Below, piece by piece: positions 1 through 10,317 of a DNA stretch of 64,000 bases. The DNA lies in assembly GCA_963784835.1 (NCBI GenBank), contig CAWASM010000005.1:70795-134794 (forward strand). The letters are read 5' to 3'. The stretch's first letter is position 1, and every line of letters begins with the position of its first letter. The DNA comes from an uncultured Actinomycetes bacterium. Its GTDB lineage: Bacteria; Actinomycetota; Thermoleophilia; RBG-16-64-13. The notes under the pieces were generated by a model. It was not told where the DNA came from. It was given only the letters and a program-made list of their open reading frames with translations, and searched no databases. The position numbers and the translations under genes were made by a program.

Positions 1-1248
1 AAGCTGACCGGGCTCACAGCCGAGGTGGAGACGGCCACCGCCAACGGGCAGCGGGTGCTTGGCGTGGCGAAGGCGCACTTCAGTTTGGTTGATGGTCTGC
101 CCGGTGATCAGCACGACTTTGACTTCGAGTACCTGGGACTGGCCGGGTTGCACGACCCGATCCGGCCCGGCGCGGCCGAGGCGGTCAACGAGTGCAGGCT
201 CGCCGGCATCCGCACCGTTATGATCACCGGCGACTACCCCGGGACCGCGCTCGCCATCGCGCGCGAGATCGGGCTTGACCACACCGAACGGTGCATCACC
301 GGCCTCGAACTCGAGAGCATGTCTGACGAGGAGTTGGCGGGACGCATCGGTTCGGTCAGCGTCTTCGCCCGCATGGTGCCCGAGCAGAAGCTCCAGCTCA
401 TCCGCGCGCTCAAAGCGAACGGCGAGGTGGTGGCCATGACCGGCGACGGCGTGAACGACGCGCCGGCGCTGCGAGCGGCCGACATCGGCATCGCGATGGG
501 TGGGCGGGGCACCGACGTGGCGCGGGAATCGGCCGCGCTCGTCATCACCGACGACGACTTCTCATCCATTGTCGGCGGCATACGCAGGGGCCGCGGCATC
601 TTCGACAACCTGCGCAAGGCCATGTCCTACGTCATCGCGGTTCACGTGCCCATCGCCGGGATGTCCCTGATCCCCGTGTTTGTGGCCCACTGGCCGCTCG
701 TGCTGCTGCCGGTGCAGATCGCCTTCCTGGAGCTGATCATCGACCCCGCGTGCTCCATCGTCTTTGAGGCTGAGCCGGCCGACCCGAAGGTCATGGACCG
801 GCCGCCGAGAGGGATCAAAGAACCGATGTTCGGGCGGCGGGTTCTCACCATCGCATTCCTGCAGGGCACGTCCGTCCTCGCCATGGTCTTCGGCGTATAC
901 CTGTGGGGCATCCTGACCGGGCACTCCGACAATGTGGTGCGCTCGCTCACATTCGTGACTCTCGTCGTGAGCAATGTGGCCCTCATACTCGTGAATCGGT
1001 CGTGGCGTCTCTCTGTATGGCGATCGTTCAGAGAGCGGGTAAATCGGACGCTCTACTGGATCCTCGGTTTCGCCGCGGCGCTGCTCGTCGTGCTCTTCGC
1101 TGTCCCCGGCCTGCGCGATGCGTTCCACTTCGGCCGCATCACATGGACGGACGGGCTGATAGCCCTCGGCGCAGGAGTCGTCGGTACCCTGTGGTTCGAG
1201 GTATACAAGGCGCTCGCCGAGGCGAGGCAGCGGCGCGAGACCGCCTAG
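1..1248 (+). CDS. P-type cation-transporting ATPase, C-terminal part (5' end outside window)
   Basis: Frame 1 is open from base 1. It carries the hinge motif MTGDGVNDAPALRAADIGIAMG followed by several hydrophobic helices typical of type II P-type pumps. Stop at 1246-1248. Confidence 0.9.
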   Translation, partial: KLTGLTAEVETATANGQRVLGVAKAHFSLVDGLPGDQHDFDFEYLGLAGLHDPIRPGAAEAVNECRLAGIRTVMITGDYPGTALAIAREIGLDHTERCITGLELESMSDEELAGRIGSVSVFARMVPEQKLQLIRALKANGEVVAMTGDGVNDAPALRAADIGIAMGGRGTDVARESAALVITDDDFSSIVGGIRRGRGIFDNLRKAMSYVIAVHVPIAGMSLIPVFVAHWPLVLLPVQIAFLELIIDPACSIVFEAEPADPKVMDRPPRGIKEPMFGRRVLTIAFLQGTSVLAMVFGVYLWGILTGHSDNVVRSLTFVTLVVSNVALILVNRSWRLSVWRSFRERVNRTLYWILGFAAALLVVLFAVPGLRDAFHFGRITWTDGLIALGAGVVGTLWFEVYKALAEARQRRETA

Positions 1249-1314
1249 CGCGAACAGACTGCATGAGTGGGGAGAGGAGGTCTCACTTCTTGACGCACGC
1301 CCGCGCTTGAGGCT

Positions 1315-4148
1315 TTGTCTCTAGCTTCCGATAATGAAACTGAGACGAAAGTGAAGGTCGCAAGCCAAGGGCACCGGTTGATGGACGGCAGTTCTGCATC
1401 TCTTCTGCGCTTTGTCGGTCCTCTGGTAGGGGCCGCGGTCCTTTCGGGAGCCCTTTCCATCATCGCTTGGCGCCGGCGCGACACTCCTGGACGAAAGTGC
1501 TTCTCCCTCCTGCTCCTCGCCATCGGGTTCTGGTGCTTGCTATACGCGCTGGAAGCGGCTTTGCCCGGCATCACCGCGAAGACCGCGGTGGCCAAGGCTG
1601 AGTACCTGGGCATCGGGTCGGTCCCAGTCTTGTGGCTCTTGTTTGCCGTGCGCTATACCGGACTGGACAGTGCCCTTAGCAGACGCCGGATCGTTCTCCT
1701 CTTCGTGGTCCCGGCAGTCACTCTACTTCTTGTCTCCACCAACCAGCTCCAAGGCCTTATGTGGAGTTCGGCCCGCCTGCAGAGTTCGGGTTCCTTCCCC
1801 GCGCTCGTCATAAGCCATGGGCCGTTCTTCTGGGTGTACCTTGCCTATTCATATGCTCTCATCCTGGCCGGAGCGGTGATCCTAGTTCGTTCCGCCCTTC
1901 GCTACCCCCGCCACTATCGCGGACAAGCGATCCTCATGATGATCGCGGTGGCCGTGCCATGGATCGCTAACCTACTCTACGCGGTCGGTCTCGCCCCCGG
2001 TGACAATTTCGATCCCACCCCGTTCGCTTTCGCGGTGACCGGGGGGATCCTTGCTCTCGCGCTCTTCCGCTACCGGCTGCTCGACCTCTTTCTTGGTCTT
2101 GGGTCCCGAGCCAGAAGCGCGCTCGTCGAGACGATGCGCGACGGGGTGATCGTCCTCGACCCCGAAGGCAGGATAATCGACTTCAACCCAGCCTCGTTCC
2201 AGATCTTGGGAAACGCCGCTCCAGAGGCCTTCAAGGAACGCATGGAAGAGGTGCTGCGGAAAGCCGGTGTGGGCGAAAAGGGATCCGAGTCACGGGAAGT
2301 GCATTGCGAGATCCGAGTGGGGGAAGGACAGGGCGAGCGTATCCTCGACCTGCTCGCTTCGCCCCTAGGCGAAGCGGGGCTAGAAAAGCCGGGAAGACTC
2401 GTCGTTCTTCGAGATATCACCGAGAGAAGGCAGGCCGAACAGGCGGCTCTTGAGAGCGAGCGTCGCTATCGCACCTTGGTCGAGAGCGCCCATGACCTCA
2501 TTCTCACCTTGGACAAAGACGGTCGCTTCATGAGTGTCAACGGGGCGGTGGAGAGGTTGACCGGCTACTCGAAGAGCGAGCTTCTTGATCGGAGCGTGTC
2601 CGATCTCGTCGGCGATTCGAACCTGACGGGCCCGCGAGAGCTGCCTTTCCTTGGCGGGCAAGGTGATAGACAGGAGGTGCGCCTAAAGAGCAAGGATGAG
2701 AGGGAGCTGACGCTGGAGGCGAGCGTGCGGGGTGTCTACAGCGACGGGGTACTGTCCGGATACGAATGCATCGCACGAGACGTGACCGAGGCGCGGCAAT
2801 GGGAGGAGGCCCTTAAGTTCCAGGCCCTGCACGACGGCGTAACCAACCTGCCGAACCGTATGCATTTCCACGAACGAGTGGCGGAGCTCATCAGTTCTCC
2901 CCAGCCCGGATTCGAGTCCTTTGCCCTTTGCATCCTCGACCTCGACCAGTTCAAGGACGTGAACGACAATCTTGGTCACCTAGCGGGAGACACCCTTCTT
3001 GAGCTGGTCGCCCGCCGGCTGGGAAGGACTATTCGTGGAGTCGATATCATCGCCCGGTTGGGCGGGGACGAGTTCGCTCTTGTCCTGGCCGTCGCTGACA
3101 TTGAAGATGCCCGTCGGGTCGCCCACCGGGTCCTTGAGGTCTTCAAGAACCCCTTTGATGTGGACGGATGCGAGATCGCCCTCTCGGCAAGCATGGGCGT
3201 CGCGCTCTTCCCGACGCACGGCTCCACCGTTGACAGCCTTCTCCGGTTTGCCGATATCGCCATGTACGCGGCCAAGCACGCCGGTGGAGCCCGCCACGCC
3301 GTCTACGAGCTGGATAGTGACCACCATTCCCCGGACCGACTCACACTTCAGACCGACCTTCATGCTGCCTTTGACAAGGGGGAGCTCATCCTCTACTACC
3401 AGCCGCTTATCGACCTTCGGCGGGGAGGGGTAGCCTCGATGGAGGCCCTGGTCAGATGGAACCATCCCCGCCGCGGCCTTGTCCCTCCCAGGCGAGTTCC
3501 TCGATCTCCTGGAGCAGTACGGACTGGCCGACCGTCTGGCCAGATGGGGGCTGGGAAGAGCCCTGGCCCAGTGCGCTCGGTGGAGGACACGTGGCCTGGA
3601 CACGCGGGTCTCCGTCAACCTTTCGGCCCGCAATCTGGACGACCCCGATCTCCCCAGAGTTGGTAGGCGGCCTCCTTGCGCACCACAAATGCGCGGCCGA
3701 CTGGCTGATCGTCGAGCTAACCGAGGGAAGCATCATGATCGACCCCGAGCGAAGCATGGAAGTGCTGGGTGCCATCAGAGATCTGGGAGTCAGGGTTTCC
3801 ATCGATGATTTCGGCGCGGGTCACTCGGCGCTTCCCTATCTCAAGAAGCTCCCTGCCGACGAGGTGAAGATCGACAAGTCCTATGTGCTTACCATGACAG
3901 TGGACAAGCAGGATGCGGCCATCGTCCGTTCCACCATCGGCCTGGCCCACGAGCTGGGCCTTTCGGTGGTCGGGGAGGGTATCGAGAACGAAGCCGCCCT
4001 AAGGCTTCTTCGCGCATATGGCTGTGACTACGGGCAGGGGTACTACCTGGGCCGCCCGGAGGGCGTGCGCGCGGCCTCCCGGCGCCTTGGCCTGTCCGCC
4101 GCGAGTGTCTTGAACCCGGAGGCTCCTCGCTTGGCGGCCTCGCGTTGA
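1315..4148 (+). CDS. Membrane sensor diguanylate cyclase/phosphodiesterase (7TM-type N-terminus, PAS, GGDEF, EAL); EAL domain frame-broken twice
   Basis: ORF 1315-3666 has a multi-pass N-terminus, PAS-like segments, GGDEF ([11 protein letters not shown]) and the EAL start ([10 protein letters not shown]). The EAL domain continues in frame 2 ([22 protein letters not shown]), then in frame 3 ([41 protein letters not shown]) to the stop at 4148. Breaks lie near 3485 and 3655. Confidence 0.85.
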
Positions 4149-4175
4149 TGAGCCTTGTGCAGGCCGAGACCATCA

Positions 4176-4200
4176 GATGCCCCGGGAGGACTCGAACCTC
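4176..4200 (-). repeat. 3'-terminal fragment of a tRNA-Arg gene (T-arm plus acceptor 3' strand); direct repeat of 11707-11732
   Basis: gatgccccgggaggactcgaacctc (4176-4200) matches gatgcccccgggaggactcgaacctc (11707-11732), differing only by one C in the C-run. The flanking sequence cannot form D or anticodon arms. Confidence 0.8.
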
Positions 4201-4260
4201 GGAGCCTGTGGGGACGGCCGACGAAGGGCAGCGATGCGCCGCCGGGCATAGACGCGAGGC

Positions 4261-4968
4261 CTACTTGACGGTGATCGTCCCCTTGATGCTTGAGCCCAGC
4301 ACGTCGTGGAACGAGTAGGTGCCCGGAGCCTCGAAGGTCACCGAGTAAGAGTCTCCCGGCTTCAGGACGCCCGTGTCGAAGCTGCCATCGTCCGCGACCA
4401 TGTGATGATTCACGGTGTTATCGTCCTCGCTGTTGTAGAAGGTGACGGGGTCCCCAACGGTGGCCTCGATCTTCGTCGTGCTGAGCCCATTCTTGCCGAC
4501 GGCGATCCACGGCCCAGTCAGCGGCAGGACGCCCGTATTGGACGATCCCGCGGCGGTGACCACTATCTCGCCTTTGATGTCGGGATTCAATGCGTCATGG
4601 TACTTGACCGTGCCCACGCCAGAGAAGACGACGTTGTACTCGCCGCCCGGGTCGAGAGTCATGGTGTCGAAGCTGCCATCATCAGCGACCAAGCGGTGCT
4701 GCGTCTTGGTGTCGTCCTCGGCGTTCACGAACATCACCCTGGAGTCGGCGGGGATGGTGAGCGACGTTTGGCTCAACTTGCCAAGGGCGACCGAGATGAC
4801 ACTGGCATAGGGATCTCCCGAAACCGGACCAGCGCCGGCGTAGCCAGCGGCCACGACGGTCGTCTCACCTCCGACCATGGTGGATCCGGATGTGCTTGAG
4901 CCGCATGCCGACAAAGCGAGCGCGAGAGTTATGGCGGCCGCGCCGATCACGATCACACCGCGCCGCAT
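4261..4968 (-). CDS. Secreted lipoprotein with two cupredoxin/plastocyanin-like repeats
   Basis: Lipobox ALALSACGSS is followed by two roughly 100-aa repeats ending YHDALNPDIKGEIVVT and FHDVLGSSIKGTITVK. The start at MRRGVIV (4968) is preferred over 5046. Confidence 0.7.
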   Translation of the reverse strand: MRRGVIVIGAAAITLALALSACGSSTSGSTMVGGETTVVAAGYAGAGPVSGDPYASVISVALGKLSQTSLTIPADSRVMFVNAEDDTKTQHRLVADDGSFDTMTLDPGGEYNVVFSGVGTVKYHDALNPDIKGEIVVTAAGSSNTGVLPLTGPWIAVGKNGLSTTKIEATVGDPVTFYNSEDDNTVNHHMVADDGSFDTGVLKPGDSYSVTFEAPGTYSFHDVLGSSIKGTITVK

Positions 4969-5213
4969 GCTACGAGAACAAACATCTAGTCTGTGAGGTA
5001 CGCCTCTGGGCATGTCCGCTCCTCCCACCCTTTGTTTCACCAACACCAGACGGGCAAGTCCCGCCGGATACGCTTATTCCCGCATGTGCCGCAGTGTATA
5101 CATGCGATTGCGCACGAGAAGCGAGAGGTCCCTCGGAGGTCACGGTGCAGCAGATCCCAGAGGACTCCAGAACGCAAGCACCGTGTACATGCCGGCAAAA
5201 GGCCGGTGGGCCG

Positions 5214-6747
5214 CTACGCCAGGCCAGGGAAGTAGTCGCTTCGTACACTGCCACGCTCTACGCCGAGGCGGGCCAGCACTTCCTTGATCCCGCCGACCAG
5301 GCGCTGGGAGCCGCAGATGTAGAAGACTCTCTCCTGGTAGTCGGGGATCTCCTCTCGGAGGAACATCTCGTCGATGCGGCCCGTCCTTCCCGTCCAACCG
5401 GCGGGAAGGGTCTCGGCAGGGCCGGTCAGTGTGAAGACCGTGCGGACGCCGAGCTCGCCCCGCGCCTGCTCGAAGACGTCCCGGTACGCAGCACCCGTCT
5501 CGTACCTGTTTGTGACGAGGACCACGATGTCTCTCTTCTCTCCGCGCTGGAGCAGATCGCGGATCATGCTGACAAAGGGCGTGACCCCGATCCCGCCGGC
5601 CACGAACGCCAGCTTCTGTTCCGGATCGCGCGGCATGACGAAATCCCCGGCCAGATGGCCCGCGGCGATGCGTTCCCCGGGCTCCATGGCTTTGAGGCGC
5701 TTCTTGAAGCTGCTCGACCGGGTCTTTGAATTCCACTCCGATGGCGAGAGCGTCGTCGCCTGGGGGCGAGGAGATGGTGAAGAAGCGCCGGTCGCCCCGA
5801 TCGTCCGGGTGGTCGTGCGGGAGGGTCCACTCGAGGTACTGGCCGGGCCGGAACCGGACAGGATGCTCCTGCCGGAACACGAACTCCTCGGTCTGCCCGG
5901 AGATAGGGCGGCGTTCCTTCAACCACAGCATCTGGTTGGCCTTTGCGCTCACCAGCCAGGCGAACACGTTCCCCACCACCAGCGCCACTTCCGGAGCGAA
6001 GTAGAGACCCCCGACGTGCACCTGGGGCACGATGAGGAAGCCCACCAAGCCACCGTAGACCATTCGCAGCCGGCGGGTCGGCGGCATGGTGAGCGGCTCG
6101 GTGAGCATGACGAAGGCCAAGAACAGGAGAGGTGTCCGGAGGAGCGTCTGCCTCACCTCGGTCGCCAGGTGCACTCGCTCGGCTATCGCGAACACGAGAA
6201 GCGCCACGAAATACGTGAGGAAGAAGGTTCCTTCCATATCGAGACGCCTGATCTTCCGGACGATGAGCACGCCGCCGATGAGCACGAAGGGCAGCAGTGC
6301 GGGGGCGCCCACCCACCACGTGGGCGGACGGCCCAGGGCGTACGACGTTATCACGACGGCTATGGCGGCCGGGTTGAAGACGTGTCTCCGGCGAAAGGCC
6401 AGCACGTACTTGGAAGCGGTGGCCGCTATCGCCGCCACGGCCAGGGTCACGAGATTCGAAGCGGGCGGATCGGGATTGATGATCAGGGCGAGGATGAGAG
6501 CGGTGATGTATGTCGATTCCACGTTCGTAGGGGCGCGGAAGATCCGGGCGAACGACCAGTTGGCGAGTACCGACAGGGCGACCAGGAAAGCAGCCGACGC
6601 GAGGATGTACAAGGCGTTGAACGGGAGCAGTCCGATGCCCCCGAACAGCGCCGCCACGAGCACCAGGACTATCAGAACGTAGAGCATCAGCCGGTACATG
6701 GTGGTCGTGTTGAGGATCCCGTCGACGAGGCGGAGCAAGGTGTTCAT
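5214..6747 (-). CDS. Fusion of polytopic NqrB/RnfD-like membrane domain with FNR-type FAD/NAD(P)-binding reductase; one frame break near 5720
   Basis: The N-terminal roughly 330 aa are hydrophobic. RRFFTISSPP (RxYS-type FAD motif) follows, then after the break GGIGVTPFVSMI (NAD-binding GGxGxxP) and the C-terminal FYICGSQRL. Confidence 0.8.
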
Positions 6748-7484
6748 CGGTCGTCCACCGCCACGTAGCTCGCGAACCCGGTCGTGTAGGTCGCCGTGCC
6801 TCGGCCGTCCACCAGGTACCCTTCACAGCCGTCCATTCCTTCGATGAAGGCAATGCCCGCTTGTCCCATCGCGAACGCCGCCGTCGCGAAACGATCGGCG
6901 TCGAGGACGTCGGCGGCGATGACCGTCAAGCTGACGGGCTCGACGGCGATGCGGCCGGCCGGATCCAGCGGGTCGTAGATGTGATGGCCCCGAAAGTACG
7001 TGCCCGACGTCGCCACTCCCCGATCGCTGATCCGCAGCACTTTGATTATCTGAGAGACATCGAACGGGTTCCGAATACCGACCAGCCACGGTTTGCCCTC
7101 GGGACTGCGACCGCAGACCTGCGCGTCGCCTCCCGCCTCCACGTAGAAATCGGCGAATCCGGCCAGATGCAGCAGGCGCGCCGCTTTGTGGATGGCCCAG
7201 CCCTTGACGATTCCCACCGGGTTGAACCTGCCCTCCCGATAGACGTTGAAGTAGCCGCCGCTCGCCTGCGTCGTCTCTTCGGCCAACTGCATGACCGCCC
7301 TCATCTGTGGGCTGATCTGTGAGCTCTTGAGCAGGCCTCGATCCCACAACGTAGTCTCACTCGTCTCTTTGAACGGGCTGAAGCGCTCGTCGATCTGGCG
7401 GAACAAGCGGAAGACCGACTCAAAGTGGCGGGGACGCACTCCCCGGTCCACCACCTCGACGGTGATCGGCATCCCCATCAGCAC
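6744..7484 (-). CDS. apbE: FAD:protein FMN transferase (ApbE family)
   Basis: Intact 246-aa ORF with ApbE-like sequence throughout. A 4-nt overlap with the downstream reductase gene suggests coupling. Confidence 0.85.
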   Translation of the reverse strand: MLMGMPITVEVVDRGVRPRHFESVFRLFRQIDERFSPFKETSETTLWDRGLLKSSQISPQMRAVMQLAEETTQASGGYFNVYREGRFNPVGIVKGWAIHKAARLLHLAGFADFYVEAGGDAQVCGRSPEGKPWLVGIRNPFDVSQIIKVLRISDRGVATSGTYFRGHHIYDPLDPAGRIAVEPVSLTVIAADVLDADRFATAAFAMGQAGIAFIEGMDGCEGYLVDGRGTATYTTGFASYVAVDDR

Positions 7485-7502
7485 TCTGGTCTGCTTCGTC
7501 TC

Positions 7503-7925
7503 TCAGCCCCCCGCTTGACTCAGCGCGTTCTTCAGCGATTCGATGAACCCCTCGGCGGTGACCGTGGCTCCTGTCACGAGTGTCCACTTCCGCGCTCTGC
7601 ACGTGGACGGCCTCCTGCTCCAGCATCGGGATCGCGACCTGGTTTATCTTGGCGGAGAGCGGCCTATCCTGCGGATACTGAACGGCAGAGACCGAAGCGA
7701 TACGGTTGTTGTCGATCACGACCTGCACCTGCACGTCGCCCCAACTCGTGTTGGCGATGTCCCCGAGGTACTTGCCGTTCTGCGTAGCCGGCACCGCCTA
7801 CCCCTCCGACGGCGGTCGTGCTCGTGGCCCGTCGGCGTGCCGGTCGCTCCGCCCGTCTCTCGCTGAAAGACGGCGTACGCGACAAAGGCGACCACGGTGA
7901 GAGCTGACAGCAGCAGCTTCTTCAT
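7503..7925 (-). CDS. Secreted FMN-binding domain protein (flavinylation target); two frame breaks
   Basis: Signal peptide MKKLLLSALTVVAFVAYAV is in one frame. GDVQVQVVIDNNRIASVSAVQYPQDRPLSAKINQVAIPMLEQEA is in a second frame. VTGATVTAEGFIESLKNALSQAGG* (SGAT-type flavinylation motif) is in a third frame. ATGA overlap with the upstream Mo-enzyme stop. Confidence 0.75.
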
Positions 7926-9658
7926 CGCGTGCTCGTCCTCGCTCTTGGATGCGGACTCAGTCGCAGCTGCTTCGGCAAGATCTCGGCCGTCTTCTCGTAG
8001 ATGCCGGTGGCCCCCGAGGGAAAGGCCGGCTGGCTCTCGGTTTCCTGCAGCTGTCCCTGACCGTCGGTGGCCCGCACGGCGAAGCGGTGATTCCCTTCCG
8101 CGAACGGCCAGTCATACCGCCAGATCACCCAGGTCAACTGCGACAGCGGCTGCCGCAACTCAGCCTCCTCCCACGCTCCGCCGTCCACCTGCACCTCCAC
8201 CTTCGAGATGCCCCGTTCCCCCGCGTGGGCTATTCCCCCAATGGGCACGTACGTCCGCCCGCCGCGGATATCGATCGAGTCCGTGGCGACCGTGTCGATC
8301 ACCGAGGTGGTCTTCATGCTCGCCGTCCTATCCCAGCCGCGCACCACCCAGTAGCCGTTGATGAAGTCGGGGACCAGGTTGATGCCCGTTATCCACTTGG
8401 GCTGCTTCATGCCATAGAGGTCCGGGATGAACATCCGGAGTGGGTAGCCATGTTTCTCCGGGATAGGTTCTCCGTTCCACTCGTAGACCAGCATGATGCG
8501 GGGGTCGGCCTCGGCCGTCGCGATCTCCACCACTTCGTCGAAGCCGTCCGCCGCCGTGATATGAGCATAGTGAGCACTCGGCAGGGGCTGGGCTTGAGCG
8601 AGGATGTCGCGGAACGGGACGCCGGTCCAGAGGGTCGTCCCGACGAGCGAGCCCCCCAGCGGGTTGGAGACGCACGAAAGCGTGGCGAACAAGTCCTGAG
8701 ACCTGTAGCCGGACCGGATCTGGTCGAGCGTGAGCGAGAGAGGGTTCGAGACTTGACCGTCGACCGGTAGCCGCCAGGTAGCTCCGTTCAGCGACGGAGG
8801 CTCGAGGTTGATATCCACACGATAGTGATCGGAGACCGCCGTGTATTCCGGGCGGGTCCCCGGCACGGGCTTGACGGGCGAGCCGGCATTCGGGAACGGG
8901 ATGGGAGCCTTGACGGCCTCGAGCGCTGGTACCGTCCGTGAGCGAAGCACCTCGCCCAGACCGGCTCCAACAACGACGATGGTGGCGACCAGCCCTCCCA
9001 TCTCGACGATGAAGCGGCGCCGGGTCAAGACTCGGGCTTGACCCACCGGGGCCGTCCGCTCGCGCACTTCTACGCGAGTAGTGTCCGGCCGGTGGATCCC
9101 TTCCTTTCCCACAGGCGCGGGCGCCTCTTGAGGTCTCGATCTCTCAGGCGGGTAGACCGCCCGGTGCAAGCGGGCGAGCCCTGCGCCCCACAGAACGAAG
9201 AGGCCCACGATCCAGATGGCGTTCAGGACGTTCTCTGCCGTATCGGCCCCCGCGCCCTCAACGAAGGTGACCACCAACGCGAACAGTCCTCCGACGGCGC
9301 CGACGATGAGCCCATAGAGGCGCACGCGTCCTCGGTCTCGGTTCTTCACCAGAATGAAGAAGAGCAGGCCGACCACGAGGCCCGCCACAAAGAGCGACGT
9401 CACGGCCAAGAACTGCTCGGCGGTCTTCGCGGGTTCAGCTAGGGTGAACCCGAGACCACGCAGCACCCGCAGGGCCAGGTCGAGCCCGAAGAGCACGAGT
9501 CGACCCGGTAGGACCCGACTGAACCAGTCGAAGACGGTGAAAGGAACCGCCACAAGGCCGGCTCGAGCACCCAGGACAAACAGCCCGACGAGGGGTGCGG
9601 AGAGCAAGGCTCCGCTCGCCAGCCCGGTCAAAGCCATCCTGAGACGAGAATCCCTCAT
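7922..9658 (-). CDS. Membrane-anchored sulfite-oxidase/MsrP-family molybdopterin oxidoreductase
   Basis: The C-terminal roughly 400 aa look like oxidoreductase molybdopterin-binding plus dimerisation domains (TLSCVSNPLGG, EWNGEPIPEKHGYPLRMFIPDLYGMKQPKWI). The N-terminus has several TM helices and an internal twin-arginine (TRRRFIVEMGG). The start is trimmed to 9658 (alternative 9742) because the longer ORF overlaps the divergent gene at 9857. Confidence 0.8.
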   Translation of the reverse strand: MRDSRLRMALTGLASGALLSAPLVGLFVLGARAGLVAVPFTVFDWFSRVLPGRLVLFGLDLALRVLRGLGFTLAEPAKTAEQFLAVTSLFVAGLVVGLLFFILVKNRDRGRVRLYGLIVGAVGGLFALVVTFVEGAGADTAENVLNAIWIVGLFVLWGAGLARLHRAVYPPERSRPQEAPAPVGKEGIHRPDTTRVEVRERTAPVGQARVLTRRRFIVEMGGLVATIVVVGAGLGEVLRSRTVPALEAVKAPIPFPNAGSPVKPVPGTRPEYTAVSDHYRVDINLEPPSLNGATWRLPVDGQVSNPLSLTLDQIRSGYRSQDLFATLSCVSNPLGGSLVGTTLWTGVPFRDILAQAQPLPSAHYAHITAADGFDEVVEIATAEADPRIMLVYEWNGEPIPEKHGYPLRMFIPDLYGMKQPKWITGINLVPDFINGYWVVRGWDRTASMKTTSVIDTVATDSIDIRGGRTYVPIGGIAHAGERGISKVEVQVDGGAWEEAELRQPLSQLTWVIWRYDWPFAEGNHRFAVRATDGQGQLQETESQPAFPSGATGIYEKTAEILPKQLRLSPHPRARTSTR

Positions 9659-9856
9659 GGTCAAGCATGGTCCCCGGAAAGGGCCCTTCCTATGCGGGCG
9701 CCGGGCTGACTCCGAGGTTTGCGGTGACGGACTGGAGGGCATCGTTAGCCATATATTGCTGAACCGCTCGCGCGCGTACCTCCGCGCCGCGCGGTGCACA
9801 GGATTGCTCACCCTCCCAGTGCCCGACGACCTGGGAACAAGAGAAGGAGAAGAGAA

Positions 9857-10279
9857 ATGGCGCTTTCCTTGGACGAGATGATCGCTCTGCTCAACAAGGA
9901 CCTTGAGCGGGAGTACCAAGCCCTGATTCAGTATATCCAGCATGCGGCCGTTATCACGGGGGCGGCCTATGGAGACATCCGGAAGGAACTGCTCATTCAC
10001 GCGGATGAGGAGCATCTGCACGCGGTCTCCCTTGCTGACTGGATCAGCAACCTGGGGGGCTTCCCATCCGTGGAGGTTGAGAAGCGGGAAACGTCTGACA
10101 TTGTAACGACCATGCTAGAGCAGGACCTGAGTGGTGAGGAGAACGCTGTCAAGCGCTACAAACAGCGCATTCGACAAGCCGAGGAGATGCAGGAGTACGG
10201 GCTGAGGCGAGCGCTCGAAGACATTCTCATCGTAGAAGAGGAGCATAGAAGGGATCTCTTGGCAGCGCTGGGTAGATGA
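9857..10279 (+). CDS. Ferritin-like (bacterioferritin/Dps-type four-helix bundle) protein
   Basis: An AGGAG-type RBS precedes the ATG at 9857. Paired E..H motifs (EREYQALIQYIQH, EEHLHAVSL, EENAVKRY, EEEHRRDL) are typical of di-iron ferritin-like proteins. Confidence 0.8.
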   Translation: MALSLDEMIALLNKDLEREYQALIQYIQHAAVITGAAYGDIRKELLIHADEEHLHAVSLADWISNLGGFPSVEVEKRETSDIVTTMLEQDLSGEENAVKRYKQRIRQAEEMQEYGLRRALEDILIVEEEHRRDLLAALGR

Positions 10280-10317
10280 GTGGAGTTCGTTGCCATGCGA
10301 GCCAGGGGTCTGGCCAC

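Noticed and set aside
4171-4250. Possible second complete tRNA gene (70 nt ending in ...GGTTCGAGTCCTCCCGGGGCA)
   Set aside because: Only the T-arm and acceptor 3' strand are tRNA-like. The 5' part gives mismatched acceptor pairing and has no D-loop GG or anticodon arm. It is treated as a 3' fragment/att remnant.
5374-6768. Long antisense or alternate-frame ORFs (for example 5374-6768 +, 5564-6853 -, 43330-44631 -, 56086-56877 -, 57263-58366 -, 61111-62052 -, 62767-63606 -)
   Set aside because: They lie opposite or out of frame to genes with clear family motifs. They are rich in Arg/Gly/Pro/Ala and have no motifs, which is the classic shadow-ORF pattern of high-GC genomes.
7922-10021. N-terminal 120-aa extension of the Mo-oxidoreductase ORF
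   Set aside because: The extension overlaps the well-supported divergent ferritin-like gene and its RBS, and it has no hydrophobic or conserved character. The start was moved to 9658 (or 9742).
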